Assembly: GCF_009914755.1 (NCBI RefSeq) | Contig: NC_060927.1 | Reading direction: 5' to 3' (one strand) | Origin: the human T2T-CHM13v2.0 reference genome, Homo sapiens | DNA: 64,000 nucleotides | Part shown: in pieces, positions 41,164 through 59,340 of the stretch | How positions within the stretch are numbered: position 1 is the stretch's first letter | Layout of the letters: each line of letters opens with the position of its first letter | Made by a program: the position numbers and the translations under genes | Notes under the pieces: generated by a model | Database searches by the model: none | What the model saw: only the letters and a program-made list of their open reading frames with translations | What the model was told of the DNA's origin: nothing

Positions 41164-42714
41164 TAAGAATGTGCCTGAGGAGGGGTGTGGGGTGGGGGCT
41201 GGAGCCTTGTTTTCACTGTCTCCACTGCCCCTAAGAGACTCCAGGGAACAACTAGGGCTCCTGGAAGTAGAGTTTGAGAATGGTGTGTCTAGTCAACATC
41301 CTCGTTGTGCCAGTAAATGAGGAATTGCAGTCTGGAGGGAAAGGAATCTTCAAGGCCATACGCTAGCAGCATTAGGGCATGAACCCAAGACTGCAGTGGC
41401 TCACAGGCTGGTGCTGCTCCTGTCAAAACTAGAGTCCAGGGTGGGAAGCAATGTGCCGAGGCCATTGGAGAGGGCAGAATAGCCACTTCTTCTGCATAAG
41501 AAGCAAGGTGCTTCCCCCGGGGAAGGGCTTCTCTATCTTCTCCTGCAGTGAGGCATAGTGTCCTCACAGCCTCCCTTTGCTCTTAGAGGGTAGCTGTCAG
41601 CATGGTGTCCAGGGATGGGCTTCAGGGAGGCCGCATCACCCGAAGCCCAGGATTGCTTAGTGGTGGTGCTGGGAATTCTCCTCCCCTACCCCCAGAGCCA
41701 TCTCTCCTTTTCCCTGGTCAAAGGTAAATATCCATGGGAGAGACAAAGTTTTAATAGCCATTGTTTACCCCTGGTGAGCAGGCATTTCACAGATCTTTTA
41801 GGACAGCAGTTTCCAGAGGGAAGAGTCACCTGGCTTTGAGCAAAAGGTGATCCTGACATGTGGAGTGGGGTGAGAAAGGAGAAGAGGCAGAGAGAAGGGA
41901 AGCTGGAGTCCTGGAAACAGAAGTTCATAGCTTAAGCCTAGGCCACTGGAGAGGATTGTGGGAAATGCCCATGGACTTTTGGAGGCTATTTGGGAAAGGA
42001 GTGCATGCATGGGAGTGGGGACCAGAAGAGATGGCCTCCCATTCGCAACCACACCATATTCTTTAAGGTACTAAAGAATTTTCTGGTGCTGATTTTGGTT
42101 TTGAAAAGGTTTAGGAGCTGCTAAACTCTTCTGTAGAAACAGATTATGGTCAGTGCTTTTTGAGGATAAAGGACATGTCTGTGATCTCAGTGATGCTCAG
42201 GGGGATGCCCAGGTGCACAGGCACAGGTGGCACAAAGGGGTGACTGAGTGTGTGTACACATGTGAGCAGCACATGTGCGATGCCCCTCACAGCCGGTGGC
42301 CCCGAGGAGCAGGCTACCTTGGCAACTGCTGATTCCCACCCTTGCTCCTCACCCCTTCAGCCACCAAAATAGGATCAGTCCTTTGGCCTTGCGATTTAGC
42401 AGATGGTGCTATGGCTTAGCCCCATGGGTCCGGGTTTGAAACAGCCCAGCTACTTACTAGCTGTGTGATTTTGTGCAAATTGCTTAACTTAAAGAAGGTG
42501 CCACCATTTCTGTAAAATAGGGCTAACACTAGTGCCTGCTTCCTAAGGTTACTGGGAGAATTAATTGACAGGATGTCTGGAAGCACTTAGCACAGTGCCC
42601 AGCATAGAGTAAGCACTCAGCGGTGAGGACTGTTTGTTAGGATGGACTGTGGGACTGACAGCTCAGGGCTGTCAGCCCCTTAATCTTGACCAAGTCCATA
42701 GGTGCCAGCCGTAG

Positions 42715-42864
<150 letters not shown>

Positions 42865-43441
42865 TGAGGGTCAAAAGGGTTGGGTGGAAGTTCATGGGAC
42901 TGAGACCTGATGGCCTTGCTGCAAACCTTGGGACCTTCAACTGTGGCCCTGAGAAGCCCACAGTCCATCAGACAGAAGTTATTGGATCAGAACTTTAGGC
43001 GGTGGTGGGGAGCCCTGGGAAAGCTGAGAGGGGATACAGTTGGCAGGGCCTACCCCAATATCCAGAGGGCCTCGTGCCTGCAGAATACTAGCTGTATTGC
43101 TGGGGTGTGGGAAGGCTAGTCCTTCCCTTGTTCTGGGTGAGAGAGCTAGGCCAGAGAGTCTACCCCTCCCAGCTCACTCTTGGCAGGCAGCTCTGCCTTC
43201 CCAGGATTCTTTCTGGCCCTGCATTTGCCAAGTGGAGCCTGGGATAGCGGAATTTATTCACCTGGCTTCTCTGTAGGATGGGACCCATCTGAAAGGTCTG
43301 TCCCCTGCCTTCACAGCAAAGCCAGGCAAAGGGTCCTTTGTTAGTGAGATAGCAGGTGCAGGTCTGGGGAGTTTGCCAGGTGACTTTACCAGAGTTCCTC
43401 AGCTATGCAAGCTCTGGCCATCTGGCATCACCTGTTACTGA

Positions 43442-43714
<273 letters not shown>

Positions 43715-44091
43715 GCCGCACACAGCCCTGAGTCAATGAGCATCCATCCTGATGGCCACATTTTCTTGGGCTCACTCATCTTGAGGACAAATGGGAAAAG
43801 CCAGAAGCCAGAGGGGCACAAGGATGTCACGGGATATTTCACCTGCCTGGGATGGTGGAGGTAGTATGGGGTTTTCAATCTCAAAGCGTCCCTTTCTGCC
43901 TTCTCGGCTCTGGCTATTTATTCCCTTGCACCAACAAATACATTCGAAAATGTTCTGTGAGCTGCTCAAGAAACTGTAAAAATGTGTGATGCACGTGCAT
44001 ATGCAGAGTGGGAGAACTTTGTGTGTGTGTAGAGGTGTGTAGGTGTGGGTGGCATGTGTGCACGCCTGCATGCAATACCTGAGACCAACCT

Positions 44092-44097
44092 AATAAA
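44092..44097 (+). terminator. Candidate proximal polyadenylation signal of GASK1A
   Basis: First AATAAA after the stop codon; usage cannot be shown from sequence. Confidence 0.5.
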
Positions 44098-44179
44098 GGT
44101 ACAATCTTCATAGAACTGCACTTGCAGCCTGGAGTTGCTCTGGCTGAAAGTAGACTCAGGCTTAAGAAATGAAACATAA

Positions 44180-46930
44180 TGCGTTTGTCTTTATAGACTT
44201 TAAATTTTCAATTATTACTCAGTTATGTTTTTGGTTTAAAAAATTATAAAAGTCTAAAAGTAATACATGCTCAGTAAAAACAAGTCCATAAAAAATAGAA
44301 GCATATGACAAAAAGCATAAGTCCCACAAACTCCCTAGCGGTGTGTATGTGTGTGTGTGTTATTCATGGTCACACTACATGCAAATTAAAAAATGAAAGT
44401 GTGGTCATGCTTTGTCAACTCACTATATTTTTACTTTATTAACTATATTCTGTATCAGCCATCTGAATTGACCCAATCTTTATTGGTGACTGCATGAAAT
44501 TCCAAGGCAGGGATGTGTCATATTTTCTTTAGCTGGTCCCATAATCATGAACATTTAAGTAGCTCCAATTTTTCATCAATTACAGACATTGCCGCCATGA
44601 ACATGATTGCATGGCGTGCAAGTATTTCTGCGAGGTAGATTTCCGTACGGGATTTCTGGGGCAAAGGGTATGGGCATTCAGTATTCTGAGAGAAACTGCC
44701 AAATTGCTCTCTGAAATGGTGGTGTCAATTTACATTTCTCCCAAGAGGGTAGGAGACTGATTATTTTTCTACACCTTCACCAACACTTGGCATTCTCAGA
44801 CTTTTGGTTTTTTTTTGGCCTATTTAGGAGGAAAACCGATTTTAAAAGCTGCATTTCCTTAATCATGAATGAAGTCATCTTTCCACTTATTTGCCAGACA
44901 TTTGTATTTTCTTTTCTGCATTGTCTTTTTGTTTTAAGATGTTTGCCCTTTGCTTGTTAATTTGTTGGAAATCTTTGACTCTAATAAGTGTGATCAATCT
45001 TTTCTCTGCTGACTTGGTATAAATGTTTTCTTCCAGCCTCTAATTTGTCTCTTAACTTTGTTTATAGTCTTTTGCCAAGTGTAAAATGTTAATTTCCACG
45101 TAGTCAAATTTGTTTATCCTTCCCTTTAAGTCTTTTGAGTTTCATGCCTTCTTAGAAAGGCTGTCACCACTTCAAGATTATTGAAATAATCTGTGTTTTA
45201 TTCTAGTATTATACAGTATTTCTTATATATTATATAGTATTTCTTATATATTTTCATATATTTCATATATATTCCCTCTAAATTAATATATAAAACCTAT
45301 ATTTTATATGGATTTAAGCAGAGAATGGTGTGAGTTAGGGATCTAACAAGTTTCATTTCCCTTCAAATGGATAGTTAGTTGCTGTAACATTATTTCATAG
45401 TCCATTCTTTCTTTACTGCTGTGAAAGTATACTTTTATCAGATATTAGGTTCCCACATGCACAGAGGTCCATTTGTGAACTCTGTTCTGATATTATTTTT
45501 CAGTTCCTGCATTAGTATGACAGTGTTTTAATTAAAGTTACTTTATTCTTTTTTGCTGTCTGGTAGGCTGAGTTCCCATATTTTTATTCTACTTTAGTTT
45601 TTTCCTTTGCTATTTTTGTGCATTTGTCTTTCATGTGATAATGTCAGTCTATGAAGCATGCCACCCCTCTCCTTTTATCCTCAAAATCCCATTGGTGTTT
45701 TGATTGTGATTATATAGAATTTATAATTAGTGGGAATCTGACTTATTTGAATATTGAGTGCTCTCATTCAGGTTTATCAATCCACCTATTCTTTGATAAT
45801 CTCTAGCAACATTTTTTTGTTTATTGAGACAGGGTCTCACTCTGTCACCCAGGCTGGAGTACAGTGGCAAGATCTCAGCTCACTGCAGCCTCAACCTCCT
45901 GGGCTCAAGTGATCCTCTCACCTCAGCCTCCTGAGTAGCTGGGACGGCAAGTGCACACCACCGCGACCAGCTAATTTTTGTATTGTTTTGTAGAGATGGG
46001 ATTTTGCCATATTGCCCAGGCTGGTCTTGAATTCTTGAGCTCAAAGCATCTGCCCATCCCAGCCTCCAAAGTGCTGGGATTACAGGCATGAGCCACCAAA
46101 CCCGGCCTCTAGTAACATTTTAATGTTTTCTTCAGCAAATAAGCTCATTTTAAAGATAGTTTGCAATTTCTACTCCTATTGAGAATGAGTTCTTTTTCTT
46201 GATTAGATTTTTCTAGATAGAATTTTAGGTGCATATCTTATAGTTTTTAAGTAGAAAATAATATTTTCAAATAATGATAATTTTACATTTATATTTCATA
46301 AGTGTGTGTGTGTTCTCCTCTCATTTATTTCTATTGTCTTATTACTTAGGTTGGGAGCTTTCTGGAGGAAAATTGAGTAATAATAGCAACAATAGTAGGC
46401 ATCCACATCTTATTCTGGACTTTAATGGGAACACCTCTGTGGTTTCTATTATGTTTTGTCAGGTTTAAAGAAATCATTTCTGATAAATATCTTTCATTAA
46501 GTTAAGGAAGTTTCTTTTTATTCTTAGCTTACTAAAACCATTTTTCAAAAATCAAGAATGGGGATTGAATTTTATTAAATGCTCTTTTCAATATCTATTG
46601 AGCATATAGTTTTTCTCCTTTATTTTCTAATGCTGAATAATCTTTACATTCTCAGAAAAAACCTATTAGGCTGAGGTATGTTAGTATTTTGGGAACTGCA
46701 GAATTTAACTTGCCAATATTTTACTTAGAATCTTTGCATATACATTCATAAGGTTTTCCTTTTTGGGCACTCCATGGCTGTCTTACTATTAAATTTAAAC
46801 ATACCTCATAAAATAAATTCAGAATTTTATTTTATCTTTTTAATGCTTTGTAAGAGTTTAAATAAGAACCATTTATTCCTCAAAAGTTTTATAGCACTCT
46901 CCCATAAAACCATCTGGGCCCTGTGCCTTT
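44180..46930 (-). mobile_element. Ancient L1M 3' region remnant
   Basis: T-rich, decayed L1 3'/ORF2 motifs ('ctgccaaattgctctc', 'ggcatccacatcttattctggactttaatgggaa'). Confidence 0.7.
45812..46107 (-). mobile_element. AluJ-like element
   Basis: 'gggctcaagtgatcctc' J-type; TSD tctagcaacatttt / tctagtaacatttt. Confidence 0.93.
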
Positions 46931-47464
46931 TGCTAGATCTTTTACAACCTAATGTAGGAGATAGGTAGCAGGGGCCTGCAATAAACCAACATGCCTGGCA
47001 TATTCAGTGGGCGTGGAAATGTAGAAGTGTCCTGGGCAAGACTCAGGCCCTTGGAAAAGGGAGTTTGGATTTAGAGATTTCAGGCATTTCTCTTAAGGTC
47101 ACCAATGTTTATTTGACTTTGACTTTTTGTCTTTTCTCCTCTCTTCTTCCTGTGTTCTCAGTTCTTTCCAAGGATACCCTTATCAAGTGATGCTGTTCCT
47201 CTAGGCCTCAGCCAGTTTCTGTTTAACAGTCTCTGCTTTGCCTTCTGCCTGGTAGACCTACACTCAGCCAGAGGTGGGAGTGAGACACTTGTCATCCTAG
47301 AAAATGGCAAGAAGAAAGGAATACAAAGAAACATTTCATTGCAAAACATAATGTGGAGCTCTCACATTAGGATGAGGCTCATTCTACTTTGTGACTTAAC
47401 CAGCCGCTTTGAAATAAAACAGATCTAATCCTGTCTCACCACCGAGAGACTGACATGCAAGTGG

Positions 47465-47885
47465 ACAATGCCCAAACTACATATAATAATAAAACTCTAT
47501 CCACCACCTCTGTAGCAACCAGCTCAGAGAACCAACCACAATGTCTGTAGCATCTGCTCAGTAGGGTGAAGACCTAGTCAGTGACTGCCAGCTTCCTTAT
47601 TTTTGTCCCTACTTCCAACTCAGGATCAATCAGAGAAAGCCAAATATGCTCCCCTAACCAATCAGTTAGGATGCCCCACCTCTAGTTTGCCCATCTCCAG
47701 TGTCTCTCATGCCAGCAGCCTCCAATCAGGGTGCACCTGGAGCCTTCCCTTTCTTTCTCACTATAAAGCTTTCCCAGTCCCTGCCTGTCTTGGAGTCCCT
47801 GCCAAATGCAAGTGATGGTGCTGACCCCCTTGCCGTAGCAAGCCTCTGTCTGTTCTCCCTTGGGTGGTCTTTGTTGATTTCCATA
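47465..47885 (+). mobile_element. ERVL LTR (LTR40-like)
   Basis: 'gaaagccaaatatgctcccctaaccaatcag', CCAAT and TATAAA boxes. Confidence 0.55.
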
Positions 47886-48070
47886 CTGCCTGGCTGTAAG
47901 AATTAAACAAAGTTAACTAGTAATCCAGGTGAAGGCACTGGCCCGGCAGCTGGAAGGGTAGGCAAACTGAGCCACATTCTGAGAGCAGGTTTCCTTTACA
48001 CTGAAATGGGGCAGAGGTGGCCGCCTAAGAAAGGAGGGGAAATCTGCCTGGCAGGGTTGCCTGGTTTTGT

Positions 48071-48072
<2 letters not shown>

Positions 48073-48114
<42 letters not shown>
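48073..48114. repeat. (TG)n microsatellite
   Basis: Direct reading. Confidence 0.98.
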
Positions 48115-48119
<5 letters not shown>

Positions 48120-50719
48120 AGAGTTTCTTTTTGAAAAGACCAAGCCAGACTCTTCCTGTCAGTGAGCAAGGCCCCAGCTTGCACCAAGCCCTTTTGTGTG
48201 CTGATGTGAACAGGTCTGCTCAGCATAGACAGTGGGGGCACATGGGCAGATACGGAGTGGCCCCTCTCAGCCTGCCCAGTGCACAGCAGCCACTTGTAGC
48301 ACTGTGGCATAGGACCCAGCTCTCCCTCCTTAGCTTATCTGGGAAGGACACCATTTCCAGGCACTCCCATCAACACTGACCTCTTCCTACCTGGGGCGGG
48401 GAGAAGGGCAGACTCCCTAGGATAGGTGGTTTACATGGATCAAAGCATTTAACCTCACAGCAACAACATGGGGAGGTGTGATTGTTACTCTCTCCATTTT
48501 ACAGATGAGGCACAGAGGGGTTAAATAACGTACCTAAGGTCACCCAGCTTGTAGGTAGAAGGGTGGGACTTCAAACCCATCAGGAACTGTGCTAGCAAGT
48601 CTCGCTTCCAAGACCACCGCTTTTCCCACCACACTCCCCAGCCCAGCCACCCTGACAGTTCCTCTTCTGCTAATCCCTTTGGATTCAGAAGGATTAGCAG
48701 GAGAAGAACTTTCTGTTAAAGATGTGGCAGGGCTGGTTCTCTAGTCCAGGGAGCCGCAAACTGCAACTCCTGGCCAAGCACATTCACATGCATTTGGCTC
48801 TTGGCTTGTTAAAGTCTGCCTAATCTATTAGCTGTGTCTTTCCTGCAAACTGGAAACTTCATCCACTTTTATCCTTTTCAAGAAAGCCTCTTTGCCTCAG
48901 TGCTTGCTGTTCACCCAGCCATTCCCTCTGGAATGAGAACCATGTGCCAAGTGAAGCAAACAGCTGGGAATCAGTATGTTCCCACTAAGCGTAGAAGAGT
49001 CTGTAGGGTTGGAGCTGCCATGGGTCTGCAGTGGGTGGGGTGCCGTGAGGGTTCTGCTCCGATTCAGACAGATGAGCCTCAGAGGCTCTGCTGAGGCAAT
49101 CACAATTGCCAGCCTCCGTGCTGCCAGACAGGCCTCACCCCAGGTCCAACCTGCTCCTCCTGCATCCCCAGCTGAATGGGCTGCTCCAAGAAAAATGATG
49201 GTTTCCAAGCTAGAGGAGCTGAAGATAGTAACACAGGTTCGCAACCTTCTAGATGCAATACCAGCAATTCCCCAGAGCATGAAAATCAAAAGCTTTTTTG
49301 TATGTTTGGTGCTAAAACTCATGTCCCACTCAGTGTGAATATTTATACAACTTACTGCAGAAATAGTGATGTGTTGGGTTATTGGGTGTAACCTCGGACT
49401 CTGTTGAGGGCACTGCATAATGCACGGCATGTGAACCATATTACCTTTCTAAATCTGAGAGATTCAGAATTCTGAATCACATCTGGCCCCCAGGGTTTGA
49501 GTATGGGATTCTGGACAGACCTGTAATAACTCATGCTAAGGGCTTTACACATCTTATCTCATGAATGACTAACAACAACCCCAATTTGATTATGGTTACC
49601 CTACAGATAAGGAACAAATGACAGAGGTAGCGGGGAGGGAAAAAAGAGAGGTGGCTTGCCTGAGGCCACACAGATGGGAGCAGCAAATTTTTACCCGTGA
49701 TGCTGGACAGATGCTTCAGGGATCCTGAGATCTTTGACTTCAGAAGTTTCCAAGGTGGAGGCCCTGGGTGTGGTGCATCTTGGCGATGTGGCCACAGCAG
49801 CATCTGAAGGCTCTGTGGTCCTGAGGCCAGAGCCCTGTTCAGTGCAGCCCTTCCTAAACTTATTTTGTCAAAGAGCCCTTCCTTTGGTTTTTTTGTGGCC
49901 TTTGTGTTGCTGTTATCTTTGTTTTACAGATGAGGCACAGAGGCGTTAAGTAACGTCTGTCAGCATTCCTCAAGATGCACTTTGAGTCATCCTGACTTGG
50001 CTGAAACCCCTTTGTTCTGCAGACAAGGATCCTGAAGTCCAGAAAGGCCTGGCCAAGGATGCAGGCGATGGCTCTCCCCTGGAGGGGTGAATGCGATGCT
50101 CCTCCTCCCCTAGCCACGGCCCCCACCCTGAGTGGAATGTCAGATGTGGGTTCCCTGAGTTGGGTTGGGAGCCTGGAGATTGGAAGGAAGCCAAGCAGCT
50201 CCTTGGCCCGTTCATCCCCCATGAGGCTGGAGGGATGTGAGGAGCCAGCCCACGTGCCTCAGTGGTCTGAGGTTTAACTGACTTCTGCCATACTGTAGGC
50301 CCGTGCTGGGCAGACTATTATCAACTGAGTGGAAGTAGGAAGCATGAGTGCTTATCCTCCTCTGTCTGCACCCCCAGGCACTCTGTGTTTCAAAGGCACC
50401 AGAGAGGTTGTGGCTGATCCAGAGAGTGAGTGCTCCGATGGACGAGAGTCGCGGTTGGAAGAATGGGCAGAAGTTCCCATAGCCTGAGCCATCTGGACGG
50501 CAGGGCTCTACCCAGGCTGGAGGGGCTGCCCCTCCTGGCAGGAGCTGGTGTCTTCCTTGTGCTCTGATTCCTGCAGTGTGCAGCTCACATGCTTGGAGCC
50601 CTGAGCAACCTCCTCAGTGCAGGAGCTCTGGGCTAGCCCCACCCCACCTCTCAGACATCATCCTGGGTCCCCTGGCCTGCTGCTGCGTCTGAGAGCCTGA
50701 GCAGACTCTGAAACCATCC

Positions 50720-50915
50720 ATTTGTGGCTGCAGCTGCGAACTTGAGCCAGCATCAGAATCATCTGGAGATCTTGTTGAAACACAGATTGCTGGGCCCCAC
50801 CCTCAGAGTTTCTGACTCAGTGGGCCTGGGGTGTGGCCTAAGAATCTGCATTTCTGTCAAGTTCCAGGTACTACTGGCACTGCTGGTCCAGGGACAACAT
50901 TTTTCAAGTCTTTGC
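50720..50915. mobile_element. MER5-type DNA transposon
   Basis: 'cacagattgctgggccccaccctcagagtttctgactcagt', 'gaatctgcatttct'. Confidence 0.75.
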
Positions 50916-51335
50916 TGTTAAGGAAAAGGTGGAGCCTCTCCAGAGTTTATGAAAATGCCAGGCAATTTGGAAATTGTGATGGAATCATTCTACAGTGTAT
51001 TTGAGAACTAAACAAACAGCTTATTCTAGCAAAATCTGAACTATGTAAGTCCCTCCAAAAGGAGTGTTTGGAGACTGATAGGAAGACTTAGGAAGGATAG
51101 GAGATTTAACCCAGCTTTTAATCCAAAGGAAGAAATCTCTGCAAAGAAGGCAGCCATTGGTTTTGGTTTGCTTAAGGACAAGGCAAATATCTGAGGTCCA
51201 TGTGAGAAGAAACGTCAGGCCCGTAACCATTTCCTCAGGCTGCCTTGACAATCTTCCACCAGTGGGGTGGTTCAAAACCATAGTTCTGGGGGTAAGTCGA
51301 AATCAAGGTGTTGGCAGGTTCATGCTGCCACCTGA

Positions 51336-51710
<375 letters not shown>

Positions 51711-52335
51711 TTGTTTTGTTTTTTTGGTTTGTGGCTGCATTGCTCCAATCCCTACCTCTGTTTTCACATTGCCTTCTCCACTCCATGTGTGTCTGTGTCG
51801 AATCTCCCATTGCCTTGCTCGTACAAGGACACTTCACTTGTTATTAGATTTAGGGCCCACCCGCATAATCCAGGGTAAGAGTTTACTCTCAGGATTTTTA
51901 GATATCACTTTCACCAAATAAAATACTATTCAGTCTTTTGCATTTAAGGTAGTATTCATAGATTCTGGGGACTAGGAAGTGAATATTTTTTTGGAGGGCC
52001 ATTCTTTCAGCCTGCCACAGTGAAATACTGTAGTCTGTTCATATTGGCTTGCAAGAGCTTATGTTGTAAAGCACAGCCATTATTAAAAAATAAACCTGAT
52101 TTTCAGGAGCCAAGATGGCCGAATAGGAACAGCTTCCGGTCTACAGCTCCCAGCGTGAGCGACGCAGAAGACGGGTGATTTCTGCATTTCCATCTGAGAT
52201 ACCGGGTTCATCTCACTAGGGAGTGCCAGACAGTGGGCGCAGGCCAGTGGGTGCGCTCACCGTGCGCGAGCCGAAGCAGGCCGAGGCATTGCCTCACCTG
52301 GGAAGCGCAAGGGGTCAGGGAGTTCCCTTTCCAAG

Positions 52336-52551
52336 TCAAAGAAAGGGGTGACGGACGCACCTGGAAAATCGGGTCACTCCCACCCGAATATTGCCCTTTT
52401 CAGACCGGCTTAAAAAACGGCGCACCACGAGACTATATCCCACACCTGGCTCGGAGGGTCCTACGCCCACGGAATCTCGCTGATTGCTAGCACAGCAGTC
52501 TGAGATCAAACTGCAAGGCGGCAGCGAGGCTGGGGGAGGGGCGCCCGCCAT
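52336..52551 (-). CDS. L1 ORF0 (71 aa, intact) under the L1 antisense promoter
   Basis: MAGAPPPASLPPCSLISDCC...RHPFL matches recalled primate L1 ORF0; donors CAG|GTGTGG (~52446) and CAG|GTGCGT (~52360) present on -. Confidence 0.88.
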   Translation of the reverse strand: MAGAPPPASLPPCSLISDCCASNQRDSVGVGPSEPGVGYSLVVRRFLSRSEKGNIRVGVTRFSRCVRHPFL

Positions 52552-53002
52552 TGCCCAGGCTTGCTTAGGTAAACAAAGCAGCCGGGAAGCTCAAACTTGG
52601 TGGAGCCCACCACAGCTCAAGGAGGCCTGCCTGCCTCTGTAGGCTCCACCTCTGGGAGCAGGGCACAGACAAACAAAAAGACAGCAGTAACCTCTGCAGA
52701 CTTAAATGTCCCTGTCTGACAGCTTTGAAGAGAGCAGTCGTTCTCCCAGCATGCAGCTGGAGATCTGAGAACGGGCAGACTGCCTCCTCAAGTGGGTCCC
52801 TGACCCCTGACCCCCGAGCAGCCTAACTGGGAGGCACCCCCCAGCAGGGGCACACTGACACCTCACATGGCAGGGTATTCCAACAGACCTGCAGCTGAGG
52901 GTCCTGTCTGTTAGAAGGAAAACTAACAGAAAGGACATCCACACCGAAAACCCATCTGTACATCACCATCATCAAAGACCAAAAGTAGATAAAACCACAA
53001 AG

Positions 53003-54019
53003 ATGGGGAAAAAACAGAACAGAAAAACTGGAAACTCTAAAACGCAGAGCGCCTCTCCTCCTCCAAAGGAACGCAGTTCCTCACCAGCAATGGAACAAAG
53101 CTGGATGGAGAATGATTTTGACGAGCTGAGAGAGGAAGGCTTCAGACGATCAAATTACTCTGAGCTACGGGAGGACATTCAAACCAAAGGCAAAGAAGTT
53201 GAAAACTTTGAAAAAAATTTAGAAGAATGTATAACTAGAATAACCAATACAGAGAAGTGCTTAAAGGAGCTGATGGAGCTGAAAACCAAGGCTCGAGAAC
53301 TACGTGAAGAATGCAGAAGCCTCAGGAGCCGATGCGATCAACTGGAAGAAAGGGTGTCAGCAATGGAAGATGAAATGAATGAAATGAAGCGAGAAGGGAA
53401 GTTTAGAGAAAAAAGAATAAAAAGAAATGAGCAAAGCCTCCAAGAAATATGGGACTATGTGAAAAGACCAAATCTACGTCTGATTGGTGTACCTGAAAGT
53501 GATGCGGAGAATGGAACCAAGTTGGAAAACACTCTGCAGGATATTATCCAGGAGAACTTCCCCAATCTAGCAAAGCAGGCCAACGTTCAGATTCAGGAAA
53601 TACAGAGAACGCCACAAAGATACTCCTCGAGAAGAGCAACTCCAAGACACATAATTGTCAGATTCACCAAAGTTGAAATGAAGGAAAAAATGTTAAGGGC
53701 AGCCAGAGAAAAAGGTCGGGTTACCCTCAAAGGGAAGCCCATCAGACTAACAGCGGATCTCTCGGCAGAAACCCTACAAGCCAGAAGAGAGTGGGGGCCA
53801 ATATTCAACATTCTTAAAGAAAAGAATTTTCAACCCAGAATTTCATATCCAGCCAAACTAAGCTTCATAAGTGAAGGAGAAATAAAATACTTTACAGACA
53901 AGCAAATGCTGAGAGATTTTGTCACCACCAGGCCTGCCCTAAAAGAGCTCCTGAAGGAAGCGCTAAACATGGAAAGGAACAACCGGTACCAGCCGCTGCA
54001 AAATCATGCCAAAATGTAA
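53003..54019 (+). CDS. L1 ORF1p (338 aa, intact)
   Basis: MGKKQNRK...QNHAKM with REKG, ARR and YPAKLS motifs. Confidence 0.97.
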   Translation: MGKKQNRKTGNSKTQSASPPPKERSSSPAMEQSWMENDFDELREEGFRRSNYSELREDIQTKGKEVENFEKNLEECITRITNTEKCLKELMELKTKARELREECRSLRSRCDQLEERVSAMEDEMNEMKREGKFREKRIKRNEQSLQEIWDYVKRPNLRLIGVPESDAENGTKLENTLQDIIQENFPNLAKQANVQIQEIQRTPQRYSSRRATPRHIIVRFTKVEMKEKMLRAAREKGRVTLKGKPIRLTADLSAETLQARREWGPIFNILKEKNFQPRISYPAKLSFISEGEIKYFTDKQMLRDFVTTRPALKELLKEALNMERNNRYQPLQNHAKM

Positions 54020-54055
54020 AGACCATCGAGACTAGGAAGAAACTGCATCAACTAA

Positions 54056-57910
<3,855 letters not shown>

Positions 57911-58193
57911 ACAATGTGATCACATGGACACAGGAAGGGGAATATCACACTCTGGGGACTGTGGTGGGGAGGGGGGAGGGGGGAGGGATAGCATTGGGAG
58001 ATATACCTAATGCTAGATGACGAGTTAGTGGGTGCAGCACACCAGCATGGCACATGTATACATATGTAACTAACCTGCACAATGTGCACATGTACCCTAA
58101 AACTTAAAGTATAATTAAAAAATAATAATAATAATAATAGTAATAATAATAATAAATAAATAAATAAAAAAATAAAAATAAATAAACCTATAT

Positions 58194-58304
58194 GCTGGGT
58201 GTCGTAGCGCAAGCCTGTAATCTCAGCTACTCGGGAGGCTGAGGTAGGAGGATCACTTGAGCTCAGTAGTTCAAGACTGGGCAATATAGCGAGACCCCAC
58301 CTCA
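58194..58304 (+). mobile_element. Monomeric Alu (FLAM-like)
   Basis: Single-arm Alu sequence; 'aaacctatat' at 58184-58193 and 58358-58367. Confidence 0.8.
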
Positions 58305-58367
58305 TTATTTTTTTTAAAAAGCATATCCCAATTGAAGGGTATTAAAAAAGAGGAAAAAAACCTATAT

Positions 58368-58660
58368 ATCATTACCATTAAATAAATTACATTGAAACAA
58401 AAGTAATAAGTATTCAAAATATATCACTTACAATTATTTTACTACATTTTGCTATCATCTGTGGTCTTGAGGTTATTTACATCTATTGTATATCTGTATG
58501 GTGGAAACACCATGTAATTGTGCACTACTATGCATTTCTTTCCAACTCTGCATTCAGTGATGTCACACTGGTGGCCTGGAATCTGCCACGGTAAAAGTAT
58601 TTATACCATGGAAATCGGTAAATGCCACAATTCGGGACTCTTTGCTTTGGAGAGCCGCTG
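58368..58660 (+). mobile_element. Arthur1 3' part (5' part at ~52020-52097), host of the FLAM and L1PA2
   Basis: Homologous to 21046-21446; joins 'cagccattattaaaaaa' across the L1. Confidence 0.72.
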
Positions 58661-59109
58661 GAAAGGATGGTCCCCCTGAGGAATGCCAGAGGGGGTCTCC
58701 AGATTTCAGGTCCACTTAGGGAAGAGAGCTGGGTGGGGAAGCCACACCTGTTCCTCGCAGGAATCCCAGGCAGAAAATGCTGCCCCCTATTGGTGGAGAG
58801 AAATATGGTCATTGTTTCACAACCGGAGAGCCTGGGTGACTCCAGGGAGGCAGCTACCAGGAGCTGTAGCTTATCCCAAAGGGGCTGGCGGCGGAAGCAG
58901 TTGGTGTGGGATGAAGGGATGCCCAGGCCACATCATGTTTCAAAGGGTGTGACAGGAATGATAAACCACTCTGCTTGTGAGAAGCCTGTCCCTCCGTCCC
59001 TGACTGGAACATGTCACCCTTGCATTGCCTTGTGAATGGGCAGCATTGAGCTTGTCTGAGGGAGGAGGCTCACTCTAAGACAGCCATAAGCACCACCTGG
59101 CATGTTCTA

Positions 59110-59340
59110 AACATTTACAGTGGTCTCACGCTATGCCAAGAGCTTTAGATACTTCCTCATCTCAAACTCTCACAACTCCACAAGGTAGGCATTATTGATC
59201 CCATTTGACAGATAAGGAAACCAATGTTCAGAGAGGTTGGGTCTCTTGCCCAAGGTCACAGAGCAGGTAACTAGTGGAGCTGGGATTTGAACCCAGGTCT
59301 GTTTGACTCCAGAGCCCTTGGTCCCAACCACTATAGCATC
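59110..59340 (-). mobile_element. MIR
   Basis: 'cccatttgacagataaggaaacc...cttgcccaaggtcaca...ggatttgaacccaggtctg'. Confidence 0.85.

Noticed and set aside
48834-49439. Overlapping 120- and 180-aa ORFs
   Set aside because: No recognisable homology or exon structure; consistent with chance.
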